Assembly (NCBI GenBank): GCA_964515605.1
Contig: CAZEUB010000028.1
Span: 184-64,183, forward strand
DNA: 64,000 nt
Direction of reading: 5' to 3'
Source of the DNA: an uncultured Sulfurovum sp.
GTDB lineage: Bacteria; Campylobacterota; Campylobacteria; Campylobacterales; Sulfurovaceae
Shown in pieces: positions 17,605-27,469 of this stretch. Position 1 is the stretch's first letter. Each line of letters opens with the position of its first letter. Position numbers and translations under genes: made by a program. The notes beneath the pieces are model-generated. The model made no database searches, was not told where the DNA came from, and worked only from the letters and a program-made list of their open reading frames with translations.

Positions 17605-18894
17605 CTACTTCTGACCTGTTACGACAGAAAAAGAGAGATTTTTGATCTCTTGATGCTTTTGAATAAAGGCATTTAACTCTTTTAGGGTTAGTGCCTTGAT
17701 CTTTTCGAGATCTTTGGATGTTGCCCCCAATGGTCGATGGGTATAATACTCATGAAAAGCACGATTAAGCCGAGATGAGAGGGTCTCATTTCTCAAAGGT
17801 TCAGAACCTATCAAAAACTGCTGAGCAGCGGTAAGCTCCTCTTGCGTTACGCCTTTTTCAAGAAAGAGATCGACAACCTCTTTGACACCATTGAGTGCCT
17901 CTTTGCCACTCTCTACTTTGGTCTGTAGATAACCTGAGAAGTAGCTATGAGTTTTGTTGATATTGAAGCGACTATATGCTGAGTATGCCAACCCTCTCTT
18001 GACCCGAATCTCCTCCATTAATCTTGATCCAAATCCTGAGCTTCCCAAGATAAAAGAGGCAACTTTTGCAATATATCGTTCTGAACTATCATAAGCGATA
18101 TCCAACGGCGCACCAAAATAGATATAGGCCTGTTGACTCTTGACAATACGCTCTTTGGTCTGTGCAGATGCCAAAGGTTTCATCGTCTCAATAACCTTAG
18201 GATGCACATGAGGAAGAAGCTCTAAGACCTTTCGCACCATCTTAGTTGCCTCTTCCTCTTTGAGATCTCCCCCCATCACCACAATGGCACTCTCTAACCC
18301 AAGGTGGGTTGAGATATGTCTCTTAATATCCTCTAAAGTTATCGCCTCTACACTCTCAATTGTCCCCAAAGAGGGCTTCGCCAAAGGGGTATTGGCAAAG
18401 AGCATCCCCTTTAACTGCAAAGAGGAGATATAGTCAAAATCACTCTCTTTACGTTTGAGCGTTCCAATCGTTTGGGTCTTGATATGCTCTAAGCTCTTTT
18501 GTGTATAGTTGGGATCTTGCAATAGCTTCTCAAGCAGACTCAACCCATAGGCAAACTCGCTCTTTAGTGAACTCAGCTCAATGACAAAGGTCTCTGCTCC
18601 TGCATGAGCCGATAGTGAGATCGCTCGATTCTCTAGCTTGGTAGCAAATCCTACACTCCCATCCTCTTTGGATCCCTCATTGAGTAGTTTGGCACTAAGC
18701 TTTGCCAATCCATCCTTGGCATCACTCAATGAACCTGAGTTTTGAAAGATCAACTGCATAGAGACAATAGGCAGGTTGCTATTCTCCTCAAAGATCAAAG
18801 GTACTTTGGTGTTATTGATATCCAGTTGACGCAGTGTTGCACTCATTAAAATTCCTTGTATTAATAGTAGTAAAAGTAATATTTTTTGTATCAT
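17605..18894 (-). CDS. M16 (insulinase/pitrilysin) family protein, non-catalytic-type subunit
   Basis: Signal peptide; LPIVS..., FGSRLMEEIRVKRGLAYS; HXXEH is absent (GLAKLSAKLL). Confidence 0.85.
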   Translation of the reverse strand: MIQKILLLLLLIQGILMSATLRQLDINNTKVPLIFEENSNLPIVSMQLIFQNSGSLSDAKDGLAKLSAKLLNEGSKEDGSVGFATKLENRAISLSAHAGAETFVIELSSLKSEFAYGLSLLEKLLQDPNYTQKSLEHIKTQTIGTLKRKESDFDYISSLQLKGMLFANTPLAKPSLGTIESVEAITLEDIKRHISTHLGLESAIVVMGGDLKEEEATKMVRKVLELLPHVHPKVIETMKPLASAQTKERIVKSQQAYIYFGAPLDIAYDSSERYIAKVASFILGSSGFGSRLMEEIRVKRGLAYSAYSRFNINKTHSYFSGYLQTKVESGKEALNGVKEVVDLFLEKGVTQEELTAAQQFLIGSEPLRNETLSSRLNRAFHEYYTHRPLGATSKDLEKIKALTLKELNAFIQKHQEIKNLSFSVVTGQK

Positions 18895-19956
18895 TTAAAA
18901 TCGCTCCAAAATTTTATAAGCGGTATTTCGCTTGGCAGGATTCTCTCCCACATCTCGGATCAGTTCAATCATCTCTGCTTGATTCATCGAGTTGGCAGCT
19001 CCTGCGGCTGAGACCACATTCTCCTCCATCATGGTTGAGCCTAAATCATTCGCCCCAAAGAGCAGTGCCATCTGACCGATATAGCTTCCCTGTGTTACCC
19101 ATGAACTTTGAATATTTGGCACATTATCCAAAAAGAGCCTCGCTACGGCAAGATACCGCAAATATTGATTGGATGTGGTTTTGCTAAGGGTGGGTAACTC
19201 CCGTTTCAATGCGGTATTATCACTCTGATATGACCACATAATAAAGGCTCTAAATCCTCCTGTCTCATCCTGAAGTGACCGTATATGCTCCCAATGCTCC
19301 ACAATCTCTCGCGTTGTCTCTACTGTTCCATACATCATGGTAGCGGTTGATCTCATACCAAGTCTATGTGCCTCTCGATGCACCTCTAACCACCTCTGCG
19401 TACCTAGCTTTTTGGGAGCAATAATATCCCGAACCCTATCAGAGAGTATCTCTGCTCCTGCACCAGGAATAGAGCTAAGCCCTTTAGCCTGAAGCCGTGC
19501 TAAGATCTCGGAGATAGAGAGTTTGGAACGCTGTGCAATATAGTCGATCTCTATTGCTGAGAATCCATGAATGGTGACTGTAGGGTATTTGTTGTGGATA
19601 TGCTCTACTAGATCCTCATACCACTCAATCTCTAGCTTGGGGTGTACGCCCCCTTGGAAGAGTATCTGCGTCCCTCCAATAGCAATTAGCTCATCGATCT
19701 TCTTATCAATCTCATCAAACGAAAGGATATAGGCATCCTCTTTTTTCTCATGGGTATAGAAGGCACAGAACTTACAATCAACCCAACAGATATTGGTATA
19801 GTTGATATTACGATCTACCACAAAAGTAGTCACTTTTTTGGGGTGAAGCTCCTGCTTTTTGGCATACGCCATCCTCCCCAAAGTTTTAAGATCAGCTTTC
19901 TCGATAAGCTCAACAGCTTCATCTATGGTCATTCGTCTACTCTTCAAAGCACTCAT
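18895..19956 (-). CDS. mqnC: Cyclic dehypoxanthine futalosine synthase (radical SAM)
   Basis: DRNINYTNICWVDCKFCAF (CxxxCxxC), IPGAGAEIL, GANDLGSTMMEENVV. Confidence 0.92.
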   Translation of the reverse strand: MSALKSRRMTIDEAVELIEKADLKTLGRMAYAKKQELHPKKVTTFVVDRNINYTNICWVDCKFCAFYTHEKKEDAYILSFDEIDKKIDELIAIGGTQILFQGGVHPKLEIEWYEDLVEHIHNKYPTVTIHGFSAIEIDYIAQRSKLSISEILARLQAKGLSSIPGAGAEILSDRVRDIIAPKKLGTQRWLEVHREAHRLGMRSTATMMYGTVETTREIVEHWEHIRSLQDETGGFRAFIMWSYQSDNTALKRELPTLSKTTSNQYLRYLAVARLFLDNVPNIQSSWVTQGSYIGQMALLFGANDLGSTMMEENVVSAAGAANSMNQAEMIELIRDVGENPAKRNTAYKILERF

Positions 19957-19991
19957 CTCTATCCTTATTATATCAGTAGGCTAACGCCTAT

Positions 19992-20444
19992 CTACTCTGG
20001 TTTCTCTTTGGGGAGTTCTCTCTCTTTTGGTTGCTCAATTTTGGCATCACTCTCTCGCCCCAAAGCATCAAGCACAGCATTGATAAAACGTGGTGCTTTA
20101 TCATCGGCTAAGGCTTTTGCCAACTCAATTGCTTCATTGATAATAATACGTTTATTGGTACCCATAATCAAAATCTCATAACCTGCTAGACGCATAATCG
20201 ATTTCTCTACCTTGCCAATAGAGTTATAGTCCCAATCTTTGAGATGCCGTTTGATCTCACTATCAATATGCTCTAAGTTATCAATGGTTCCTTGAAAAAG
20301 AGATTTTGAGAACTCTCTTTGTTTGTTACGAATTTTATCCTCTTCGAGAATCTCATCAGAGAATTTAGCAATGCCATCATTGCCCAAATCATAAGCATAG
20401 AGCAGTCCTACCACTGCTGTTCTTGCTTGGTGTCTTGTTGCCAT
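19992..20444 (-). CDS. nusB: Transcription antitermination factor NusB
   Basis: MATRHQAR...INEAIELAK...FINAVLD; downstream of ribH. Confidence 0.95.
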   Translation of the reverse strand: MATRHQARTAVVGLLYAYDLGNDGIAKFSDEILEEDKIRNKQREFSKSLFQGTIDNLEHIDSEIKRHLKDWDYNSIGKVEKSIMRLAGYEILIMGTNKRIIINEAIELAKALADDKAPRFINAVLDALGRESDAKIEQPKERELPKEKPE

Positions 20445-20447
20445 ATT

Positions 20448-20918
20448 CTATCTCTCTAACACTGTATAGAGATTCATCAACTCAATAAGCCCAGCCATCG
20501 CTTCACCACCTTTGTTTCCTGCTTTGGTTCCTGCTCTCTCAATAGCCTGTTCAATACTATCAACGGTCAAAATTCCAAATGTAGCAGGTTTGCCATGTTT
20601 TAGTGTCATAGAGGCAACCCCTTTGGTCGCCTCTGCTGAGACATAATCAAAATGAGGTGTTGCCCCACGAATCACCGCACCCAAACAACAGATGGCATCA
20701 TACTTTTTGGAAGCAAATGCTCTATCCAAAGCAAAAGGTATCTCAAAGGCTCCTGGCACCAAAATAAGATCCAAATCTTCAGGATTGCCACCATGTCTAG
20801 CATAGACATCTTTGGCTCCCTCGACCAATCTATCTGTAATAAAATGGTTAAATCTTGCATTAATAATCGCTACTTTTTTGCTCTTATCTACGGTTAAATT
20901 ACCCTCTACTATCTTCAT
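20448..20918 (-). CDS. ribH: 6,7-dimethyl-8-ribityllumazine synthase
   Basis: [32 protein letters not shown]. Confidence 0.97.
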   Translation of the reverse strand: MKIVEGNLTVDKSKKVAIINARFNHFITDRLVEGAKDVYARHGGNPEDLDLILVPGAFEIPFALDRAFASKKYDAICCLGAVIRGATPHFDYVSAEATKGVASMTLKHGKPATFGILTVDSIEQAIERAGTKAGNKGGEAMAGLIELMNLYTVLER

Positions 20919-20972
20919 CTAAAACTACCTTAAAATTTATATTTTTTGAATTATAACAGATTCTATTTAGAA

Positions 20973-21773
20973 CTACTCAACAATAGCGTTAATTGCATCA
21001 ATCTGTACCATTAAATCTGCCAATTTTTTAAGCTCAATCATGTTTGGTCCATCACTAAGGGCAATAGAGGGGTCAAAATGGGTCTCAAAGAAGAATCCAT
21101 CCACCCCTACAGCAGCAGCTGCACGACTAAGATAGGGAACCAATGCACTATCACCACCAGAGGTAGCACCACCTGAAGCGGGTTGTTGTACGGAGTGTGT
21201 CGCATCAAAAATCACAGGAGCAAATGCCCTCATCTGTTTAAGTCCACGCATATCTACTACTAAGTTTCCATACCCAAAACTAGAGCCACGCTCTGTTAAC
21301 CAAACATTGTACTTTTGAGCATTCTCATAACTAGCCTCTCCCTCAAATCCACGGGTTTTGAGTACCTTCTTGACAGAGTGTTCCATCGCTTGAGGAGCAA
21401 GGAATTGTCCCTTTTTGATATTGACGATCGCATCGGTTTTGGCACAAGCTACCAGGAGATCTGTCTGACGAGACAAAAAAGCAGGAATCTGCAACACATC
21501 CACCACCTCAGCTACTGCTTGAGGCTGAGTATGGTCATGCACATCTGTTAGTAGCTTATAGCCAAACTGCTCTTTGACCTCTTGAAGCAGTTGCAATCCC
21601 GCCTCTAACCCAGGTCCACGAAAAGAGTCTAGTGATGTTCGATTGGCTTTATCAAAACTGGCTTTGAAATAGAAATCTTTGGTACAATCCTCATGATAAG
21701 GCATCAAAGACTCTGCAATTCGCATCACATTATCTCGACTCTCTAGTACACATGGCCCTGCTATTAGTATCAT
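20973..21773 (-). CDS. kdsA: KDO 8-phosphate synthase
   Basis: [40 protein letters not shown]. Confidence 0.97.
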   Translation of the reverse strand: MILIAGPCVLESRDNVMRIAESLMPYHEDCTKDFYFKASFDKANRTSLDSFRGPGLEAGLQLLQEVKEQFGYKLLTDVHDHTQPQAVAEVVDVLQIPAFLSRQTDLLVACAKTDAIVNIKKGQFLAPQAMEHSVKKVLKTRGFEGEASYENAQKYNVWLTERGSSFGYGNLVVDMRGLKQMRAFAPVIFDATHSVQQPASGGATSGGDSALVPYLSRAAAAVGVDGFFFETHFDPSIALSDGPNMIELKKLADLMVQIDAINAIVE

Positions 21774-21980
21774 AATCTATCCTTTTTACTATTACTTTAT
21801 TGGGATCAAAGTATAGCGAAAGTTCCATGATAAAATCAGATTGTAAAAGATGTGATAACTCTTATTTTTTAAAGAACTAAATACAACAAGAGGTGATTTA
21901 AGGGTTGATGACCTCAAGAGATGAGAGCAGTTTTTCTCTATAGGCTTTTCAAAAAAGTTCTTTTTAAATCTACTCTTGAT

Positions 21981-22388
21981 CTATTTTTTTTGCGGAGAAT
22001 AGGCTTCTGGCTCAAAACCCTCCTTGAAGAGTTTCATCATTCCTCCTCGAAGATTTACAACATGATAACCTAGCTTCTCTCCTAAAAAATTTGAGATCAT
22101 ACCTGTACGACTTCCTGTACGACAAATTAGGGCAAACTGTTCATCTCTCTTGACAATACGATTGAGCTTATCCAAAAAACCTTCTATATCATAGTTTCCT
22201 CTCTCATCAAAAAAAGTTAAAAGATAAGCCCCTTGAACAATACCTGTCTCTATCCACTCCCCTCTGGTTCGTATATCTATAATTTTTAATTTGGTATTCT
22301 GAATAAACTCAGGCGTAACTTCCACATTTGTCACCTCCGCAAAAAGAGTTGAGGCTAAAAGCAGTAGTCCAAATAGTAATTTTTTCAT
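21981..22388 (-). CDS. Periplasmic rhodanese-like sulfurtransferase
   Basis: Signal peptide; IIDIR..EW; active-site loop CRTGSRT; LRGGM. Confidence 0.85.
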   Translation of the reverse strand: MKKLLFGLLLLASTLFAEVTNVEVTPEFIQNTKLKIIDIRTRGEWIETGIVQGAYLLTFFDERGNYDIEGFLDKLNRIVKRDEQFALICRTGSRTGMISNFLGEKLGYHVVNLRGGMMKLFKEGFEPEAYSPQKK

Positions 22389-22470
22389 TATGGTCTATCC
22401 TTATAGTTGTTTTTTAGGCATCATAGCATCTAATTGTGAATAATTTGTTGCAGAGGGTTTATAGGGTATC

Positions 22471-22494
22471 AAAGAGCCTAACATTAGGCTCTTT
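22471..22494 (-). terminator. Intrinsic terminator after purH
   Basis: AAAGAGCCTAA-CA-TTAGGCTCTTT perfect hairpin directly after the purH stop. Confidence 0.75.
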
Positions 22495-22497
22495 ATC

Positions 22498-24030
22498 TTA
22501 ATGAAGGAAGTGCCTAACTGTCGTAAAGTAAAGAGAGATACCATGCTCATTAGCCGCAGCAATAACCTCATCATCACGAATAGAACCACCTGGCTCAATA
22601 ATCGCTTTGACCCCTGCCTTAGCAGCGGCATCTATAGAGTCTCTAAAGGGGAAAAACGCCTCTGATGCCATTGCAGCACCACGCACATCCAATCCCATCT
22701 CTTTTGCCTTTTTCAATGCACACTCTGCCGCATCTACACGAGAGGTCATCCCCATTCCTACAGCGACCATAGCAGAGTCTTTGACATAGACCACACAATT
22801 AGATTTGGTAAGTCCTGCTACTTTCCACGCAATCTCAAGATCTTTCATCTCCTGCTCTGAGGCAGTTTTGTCTGATTTTTTCTCTGCATTATGCACCTCA
22901 TTATCGCAGATACAGTCTGAGTTTTGATAAACAAATCCACCATCAACATGCTTAAAATCATGGCTATCTTTGCTCATGACCAATTTTCTCCCCCCTTGTG
23001 CAAAGAGCTTAAGACGCTTTTTCTTCTCAAAAACCTCTATCGCTTCAGGTTCAAAATCTGCTGCCATAATCACCTCTAAGAAGATCTCATTCATCTTCAA
23101 TGCCATCTCTTTGGTGACAATACCATTGACCGCAACCACCCCACCAAATGCAGAGACAGGATCGCACTTAAGGGCCTCAACATAAGACTCCATAAGCGTC
23201 TCTTTGATCGCAAATCCACAAGGGTTACCATGCTTGACAATACAAACGGCATTGGCATCCCCAAAGCTAGAGGCGATTTTTAATGCACCATTTACATCAT
23301 TGATATTATTAAATGATGCCTCTCCTTTAATCTGTTTGAAGTTATTGCTAAAGTGTCTATCAAACTCATATAGTGCCCCATCTTGATGTGGGTTTTCACC
23401 ATAGCGGGTCTGAAATACCTTTTTACCTGTGATGAATTGATATGCACCAAAACCTCTGTTGAAACGACCATTCATATAGTTGGCGATCATCGCATCATAC
23501 CCAGCGGTATGCTCAAAGGCTTTGATCATCAAATCTCGTCTAAACTCCAGTGTATCTGCCCCACTCTCTAAAGCCTCTAAAACAGGAGCATAATCATTAA
23601 TATCCGTTACTATCAACACATCATTGAAGTTCTTGGCAGCACTTCGTACCATGGTGGGACCACCAATATCAATATTCTCAATAATCTCATCAAAATCTTC
23701 AGTTCGCTCAATGGTCTCTTTGAAGGGGTAGAGATTCACACAGACAAGATCAATCCCCTCTACTCCAAGCTCTTGGGCTTGTGCAACATGGGCTTCATCA
23801 CCACGCTTATGCAAAATCCCCCCATGAACATAAGGATTAAGGGTCTTCACTCGCCCCTCAAAACACTCAGGAAATTTGGTTATCTCATCGATCTCAATCA
23901 CCTTAACTCCTGATTCACTCAGTTTTTTATAGGTTCCACCTGTTGAGATAATCTCCCAACCCATCTTCTCTAAACCCTGTGCAAATGCTACCACTCCATG
24001 CTTATCACTTACGCTTATTAATGCTCTCAT
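22498..24030 (-). CDS. purH: Bifunctional AICAR transformylase / IMP cyclohydrolase
   Basis: [42 protein letters not shown]. Confidence 0.97.
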   Translation of the reverse strand: MRALISVSDKHGVVAFAQGLEKMGWEIISTGGTYKKLSESGVKVIEIDEITKFPECFEGRVKTLNPYVHGGILHKRGDEAHVAQAQELGVEGIDLVCVNLYPFKETIERTEDFDEIIENIDIGGPTMVRSAAKNFNDVLIVTDINDYAPVLEALESGADTLEFRRDLMIKAFEHTAGYDAMIANYMNGRFNRGFGAYQFITGKKVFQTRYGENPHQDGALYEFDRHFSNNFKQIKGEASFNNINDVNGALKIASSFGDANAVCIVKHGNPCGFAIKETLMESYVEALKCDPVSAFGGVVAVNGIVTKEMALKMNEIFLEVIMAADFEPEAIEVFEKKKRLKLFAQGGRKLVMSKDSHDFKHVDGGFVYQNSDCICDNEVHNAEKKSDKTASEQEMKDLEIAWKVAGLTKSNCVVYVKDSAMVAVGMGMTSRVDAAECALKKAKEMGLDVRGAAMASEAFFPFRDSIDAAAKAGVKAIIEPGGSIRDDEVIAAANEHGISLYFTTVRHFLH

Positions 24031-24073
24031 CTTAGCCCTTAAAAGAATTTTTGGAATTATAGCCAAAGTGTGA

Positions 24074-24853
24074 TTATTTGTTTATGAAGATCGCCTCAGC
24101 ATGAGTTAATCTTCTCTCCTTGGGGGGAAGTTCTCTATAGTCAAAACTATAGAGTCTGCTTAGATAGTAATCGGGATCATTTGGAGCAAAAAACATAACC
24201 CCTTCAAAAGAGATTTTTTTTAGAGGAAATACCTTATCAATATCAAACCATACCGCCTCATCAGGCATCTCACCCCCATAAATTACTTTGGTATTAGGGG
24301 TATCCCACCCTTGATGCAACCGTCTCAAACTCTCTTGTAGATCTCTTCGGATATCAGGTTGATCCTGCCCATTAGGGGTATGTAGACTCACTGCAGAGAG
24401 AGAACGCAACAACGTAAACATACCATCATAAAACTTCTCATAAAAAGAGCTATTGGGTAGGGTTAGCATAGGAAAGATATCTATAAATACTCCTTGATGA
24501 TAACCTATCTCTCTATCCTTCTCATGAAACTCTATAATTGTTGCCTTTTGAGATCGAAGTTTTGCATAATCAAAAGGAAATTGAGAATCACGCTCTCTGG
24601 TCTGCAAAAAGATACTCTTGGGTAATCTCTCTGGGGCAATCTCAAGAAATCGCTCATAATCCTCTAGGGGCATAGAGATATCAATATCATCATCCCAAGG
24701 GATAAACCCACCATGACGAATAGCCCCTAGAAGGGTACCTGAGTCTAGCCAATATTGTAGGTTGTGCTGGGTGCATATCTTATCAAATGCCACAAGCATC
24801 TCTAGCATAATCTCTTGTGCTTGACGTAAGGTTTTAGGATCAATACGCAACAT
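24074..24853 (-). CDS. licD: LicD-family CDP-alcohol phosphotransferase
   Basis: [21 protein letters not shown] and IDIFP motifs. Confidence 0.9.
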   Translation of the reverse strand: MLRIDPKTLRQAQEIMLEMLVAFDKICTQHNLQYWLDSGTLLGAIRHGGFIPWDDDIDISMPLEDYERFLEIAPERLPKSIFLQTRERDSQFPFDYAKLRSQKATIIEFHEKDREIGYHQGVFIDIFPMLTLPNSSFYEKFYDGMFTLLRSLSAVSLHTPNGQDQPDIRRDLQESLRRLHQGWDTPNTKVIYGGEMPDEAVWFDIDKVFPLKKISFEGVMFFAPNDPDYYLSRLYSFDYRELPPKERRLTHAEAIFINK

Positions 24854-24860
24854 CCTATGC

Positions 24861-25934
24861 TCAATTCATCTCATAATAATCATACAGTGCATCGATCAAA
24901 ACATCTGTATAGGCTCGGGTCATCTCTCCCATGTGAGAGACACGAAAGATAATATCTCGCTCTGCTCCTCCATTGGGGCAAACCATTATATTATATTGCT
25001 CCTCTAAATCACGAACAATATCCATTGCCGACTTACCATCAGTAGGGGTGAGGGTTGTCATTGCGTTGGGCATATAGGGGGTATAGTTTTTTAGAGGAAG
25101 AGCTTGTATATTGGCTCGGAAATACTCCGCAATATCCCTAGCACGTCTAATACTCTGCTCTACTCCTCCTCGTCGTCTAATCTGCTCTAGCCGTGCTTGA
25201 AGTTGAAGCATAATTGTCACCGCAGGAGTATAGGGGGTCTGACCACGTTCACCATTGATTAGATAATCTTTGAAATTAAAATAGAGAGATCTAACCTCCC
25301 TCACTCGTTGCAATGCACGAGGAGCTAAGATAATCATACTCAACCCTGGAGGAAGTGCTAAGCCTTTTTGAGAACTAGCGATAATCACGTCAATATTTTG
25401 TGCAGACATATCAATAGGATCTGTCACCAACATACTAATCGCATCCACAATAAAAAACTGATCATTTTTTTTGGCATACGCACCCATAGCATCAAGATCA
25501 TAGAGGTGTCCTACGCTGGTCTCATGTGCATTGACAATCAACGCACTAAATGGCTCTTTGGGTGCGAGTAGATCAATATCATGAAGATTGGTCTCTTTGA
25601 CCATAAAATTATAATGAGGGATATCATACGTTTGGCATATCTTGACAAAACGTCCACCAAAACCACCACCATTAACTACTAAGGCGTTATCTTCAGCATT
25701 CAAAAGATTCATCACCACCGACTCCATTCCTGCTGTTCCTGAGGCAGTCAAGAAGATCACACGAGATCCCTTGGGGGCATTGACCATCTCCAATAACCCC
25801 TCTTCACAAGCCTTTGTCACTTGAGAAAACTCAGCATTTCTAAAGTAGGGAGTCTGTTTTGCCCCCACTGCTAATATCTCTTCACTCATCTTTACAGGAC
25901 CTGGCGTAAAGATATAATAATCCTCATAGATCAT
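24861..25934 (-). CDS. Class V PLP-dependent aminotransferase
   Basis: FTPGP, SGTAGME, HETSVG, VDAIS, SSQKGLALPPG (PLP Lys), FRVSHMG. Confidence 0.9.
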   Translation of the reverse strand: MIYEDYYIFTPGPVKMSEEILAVGAKQTPYFRNAEFSQVTKACEEGLLEMVNAPKGSRVIFLTASGTAGMESVVMNLLNAEDNALVVNGGGFGGRFVKICQTYDIPHYNFMVKETNLHDIDLLAPKEPFSALIVNAHETSVGHLYDLDAMGAYAKKNDQFFIVDAISMLVTDPIDMSAQNIDVIIASSQKGLALPPGLSMIILAPRALQRVREVRSLYFNFKDYLINGERGQTPYTPAVTIMLQLQARLEQIRRRGGVEQSIRRARDIAEYFRANIQALPLKNYTPYMPNAMTTLTPTDGKSAMDIVRDLEEQYNIMVCPNGGAERDIIFRVSHMGEMTRAYTDVLIDALYDYYEMN

Positions 25935-25937
25935 AAA

Positions 25938-27305
25938 CTACTTCTCCTCTTTTTTATCTTTTTTACTCTCATTGTACTCCAATAAAACCCGATTAATGCT
26001 CACCATATCCGAGGGAGTCAACATCTTTGATTTGCGTTTACCTCGTTGAATTACCGAAGCAAACTCAGCAATCATATATCGCAATCCACACCCCTCAAAC
26101 TCATAGTTAAATCGCATGCTCTTATGCACATCCTCAAATCGTACCTCAAATGTTTTGGTTAACCACCAAGGGGCAGGAATATAAATATACCCTTTGGTTC
26201 CAGAGATAACCGCATCCCCTTCTGATTTGCTACCAATCGCAACATGAGAGACCCCATAAGTGCCATTTTTATGTTCAGTAACAATCAAATTATTAATATC
26301 ATAACCATTTTGGGAATCTATCTGGTCAAAAAATGTTATTTTTTTACTCTTTCCCAATACTTTATTGACCAATAAGGAGGGGTAGCTAGAGAGGATATTG
26401 GTTGCTCCTTGATAGATAAATTTATCAGAGTACTCTTTCTCTTTATAGAGCGATGTTCGTGAAGCACGAACCCCTTTGATCTCCCCAATGACTCCTGTTT
26501 TTAGCTCTTTTAAGAGTTGATTAAAGGCAGGTAAAAAAGCTGTTTTGACCGCAGAGAGTAATACTCTTTTCTCCTTTTTGGCTAAAGAGAGCAACTCTTT
26601 TAACTCACGCTTATTAAGTGCCAAGGGGTTTTCACAAAGCACATGTTTGCCTGAGAGGAGTGCTTTTTTGATAAACATATAGTGTTGCTCCAATGCGGTA
26701 TCGATATAGACTGCATCAATAGGAGCATCTAAGAACTCATCATAATTATCATGCCCATATCGAATAATCTCATTATCTTTGGTAAATGCCTTAACTGCCA
26801 AAAAATCATCTGCATAGATACGATTGAGCTGAATATTAGTGACAAACTGAGACTCATCAACAAAAGCTTGTGTATCTCGACCCAATCCTACAATGCCCAT
26901 TTTGATAGTATCAAAGTTCTCTTTTCGTAGTTTGGTACTAGATATCCCCTCTGTACGAGGAAGATACTCTACATGGGTATACTCATTGAGATAATCAAAT
27001 GCACCTACCCAATCATCCCCAATGGCAAAGATATCCACATCATACTTTACCATATCTTCTGCTTTTTGATTTTTATGTGTCTCAATAATTACTTTATCTA
27101 CAAAATCCAACTCCTCTATCGCCTTGACTCTCTTCTTTGTACTCTGTGATACATTAAGCTTCCCTCGTGAACGGTCATAGTTCTCATCTGTGACTCCTAC
27201 AATGAGATAGTCACCCAAATCTTTTGCCCGTTTGAGCAGATTCATATGTCCCACATGTAGCATGTCATACGTACCATAAGTAATTACTGTTTTTTTATTC
27301 TTCAT
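25938..27305 (-). CDS. Fusion of a TagD-like cytidylyltransferase and a Gfo/Idh/MocA oxidoreductase-like domain
   Basis: TYGTYDMLHVGH and RTEGISST (glycerol-3-P cytidylyltransferase motifs), then a Rossmann-type domain with GKHVLCENP. Confidence 0.85.
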   Translation of the reverse strand: MKNKKTVITYGTYDMLHVGHMNLLKRAKDLGDYLIVGVTDENYDRSRGKLNVSQSTKKRVKAIEELDFVDKVIIETHKNQKAEDMVKYDVDIFAIGDDWVGAFDYLNEYTHVEYLPRTEGISSTKLRKENFDTIKMGIVGLGRDTQAFVDESQFVTNIQLNRIYADDFLAVKAFTKDNEIIRYGHDNYDEFLDAPIDAVYIDTALEQHYMFIKKALLSGKHVLCENPLALNKRELKELLSLAKKEKRVLLSAVKTAFLPAFNQLLKELKTGVIGEIKGVRASRTSLYKEKEYSDKFIYQGATNILSSYPSLLVNKVLGKSKKITFFDQIDSQNGYDINNLIVTEHKNGTYGVSHVAIGSKSEGDAVISGTKGYIYIPAPWWLTKTFEVRFEDVHKSMRFNYEFEGCGLRYMIAEFASVIQRGKRKSKMLTPSDMVSINRVLLEYNESKKDKKEEK

Positions 27306-27399
27306 GGTTTAAATTTTAACGATTTTTATGACTATTTTTATAAGGAGTTATACCACAAGTTACAATTCAAAATAGACTGAGATAAATAGTAACAGATAA

Positions 27400-27417
27400 A
27401 TTGTAAATATTTACAAT
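27400..27417. promoter_or_regulatory. Perfect 18-bp palindrome (putative operator) in a divergent promoter region
   Basis: ATTGTAAATATTTACAAT is its own reverse complement and lies 18 nt upstream of TATAAT (27436-27441). Confidence 0.45.
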
Positions 27418-27469
27418 CTATTCATCTTTTTGATATATAATGTTTAATATCGTTCTAAGGATTCTATTG

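Noticed and set aside
17605..18894. M16 protein lacking HXXEH as a pseudogene
   Set aside because: The ORF is intact, and non-catalytic M16 subunits of heterodimeric peptidases are normal.
21774..21980. Possible sRNA or riboswitch upstream of kdsA-ribH
   Set aside because: Only weak imperfect hairpins and no FMN-riboswitch consensus. A -10-like box lies close to kdsA, leaving no room for a structured leader.
24861..25934. Aminotransferase as a 2-aminoethylphosphonate transaminase (phosphonate biosynthesis)
   Set aside because: No PEP mutase or phosphonopyruvate decarboxylase nearby, and the PLP-lysine motif is SSQKG rather than the PhnW-type SANK.
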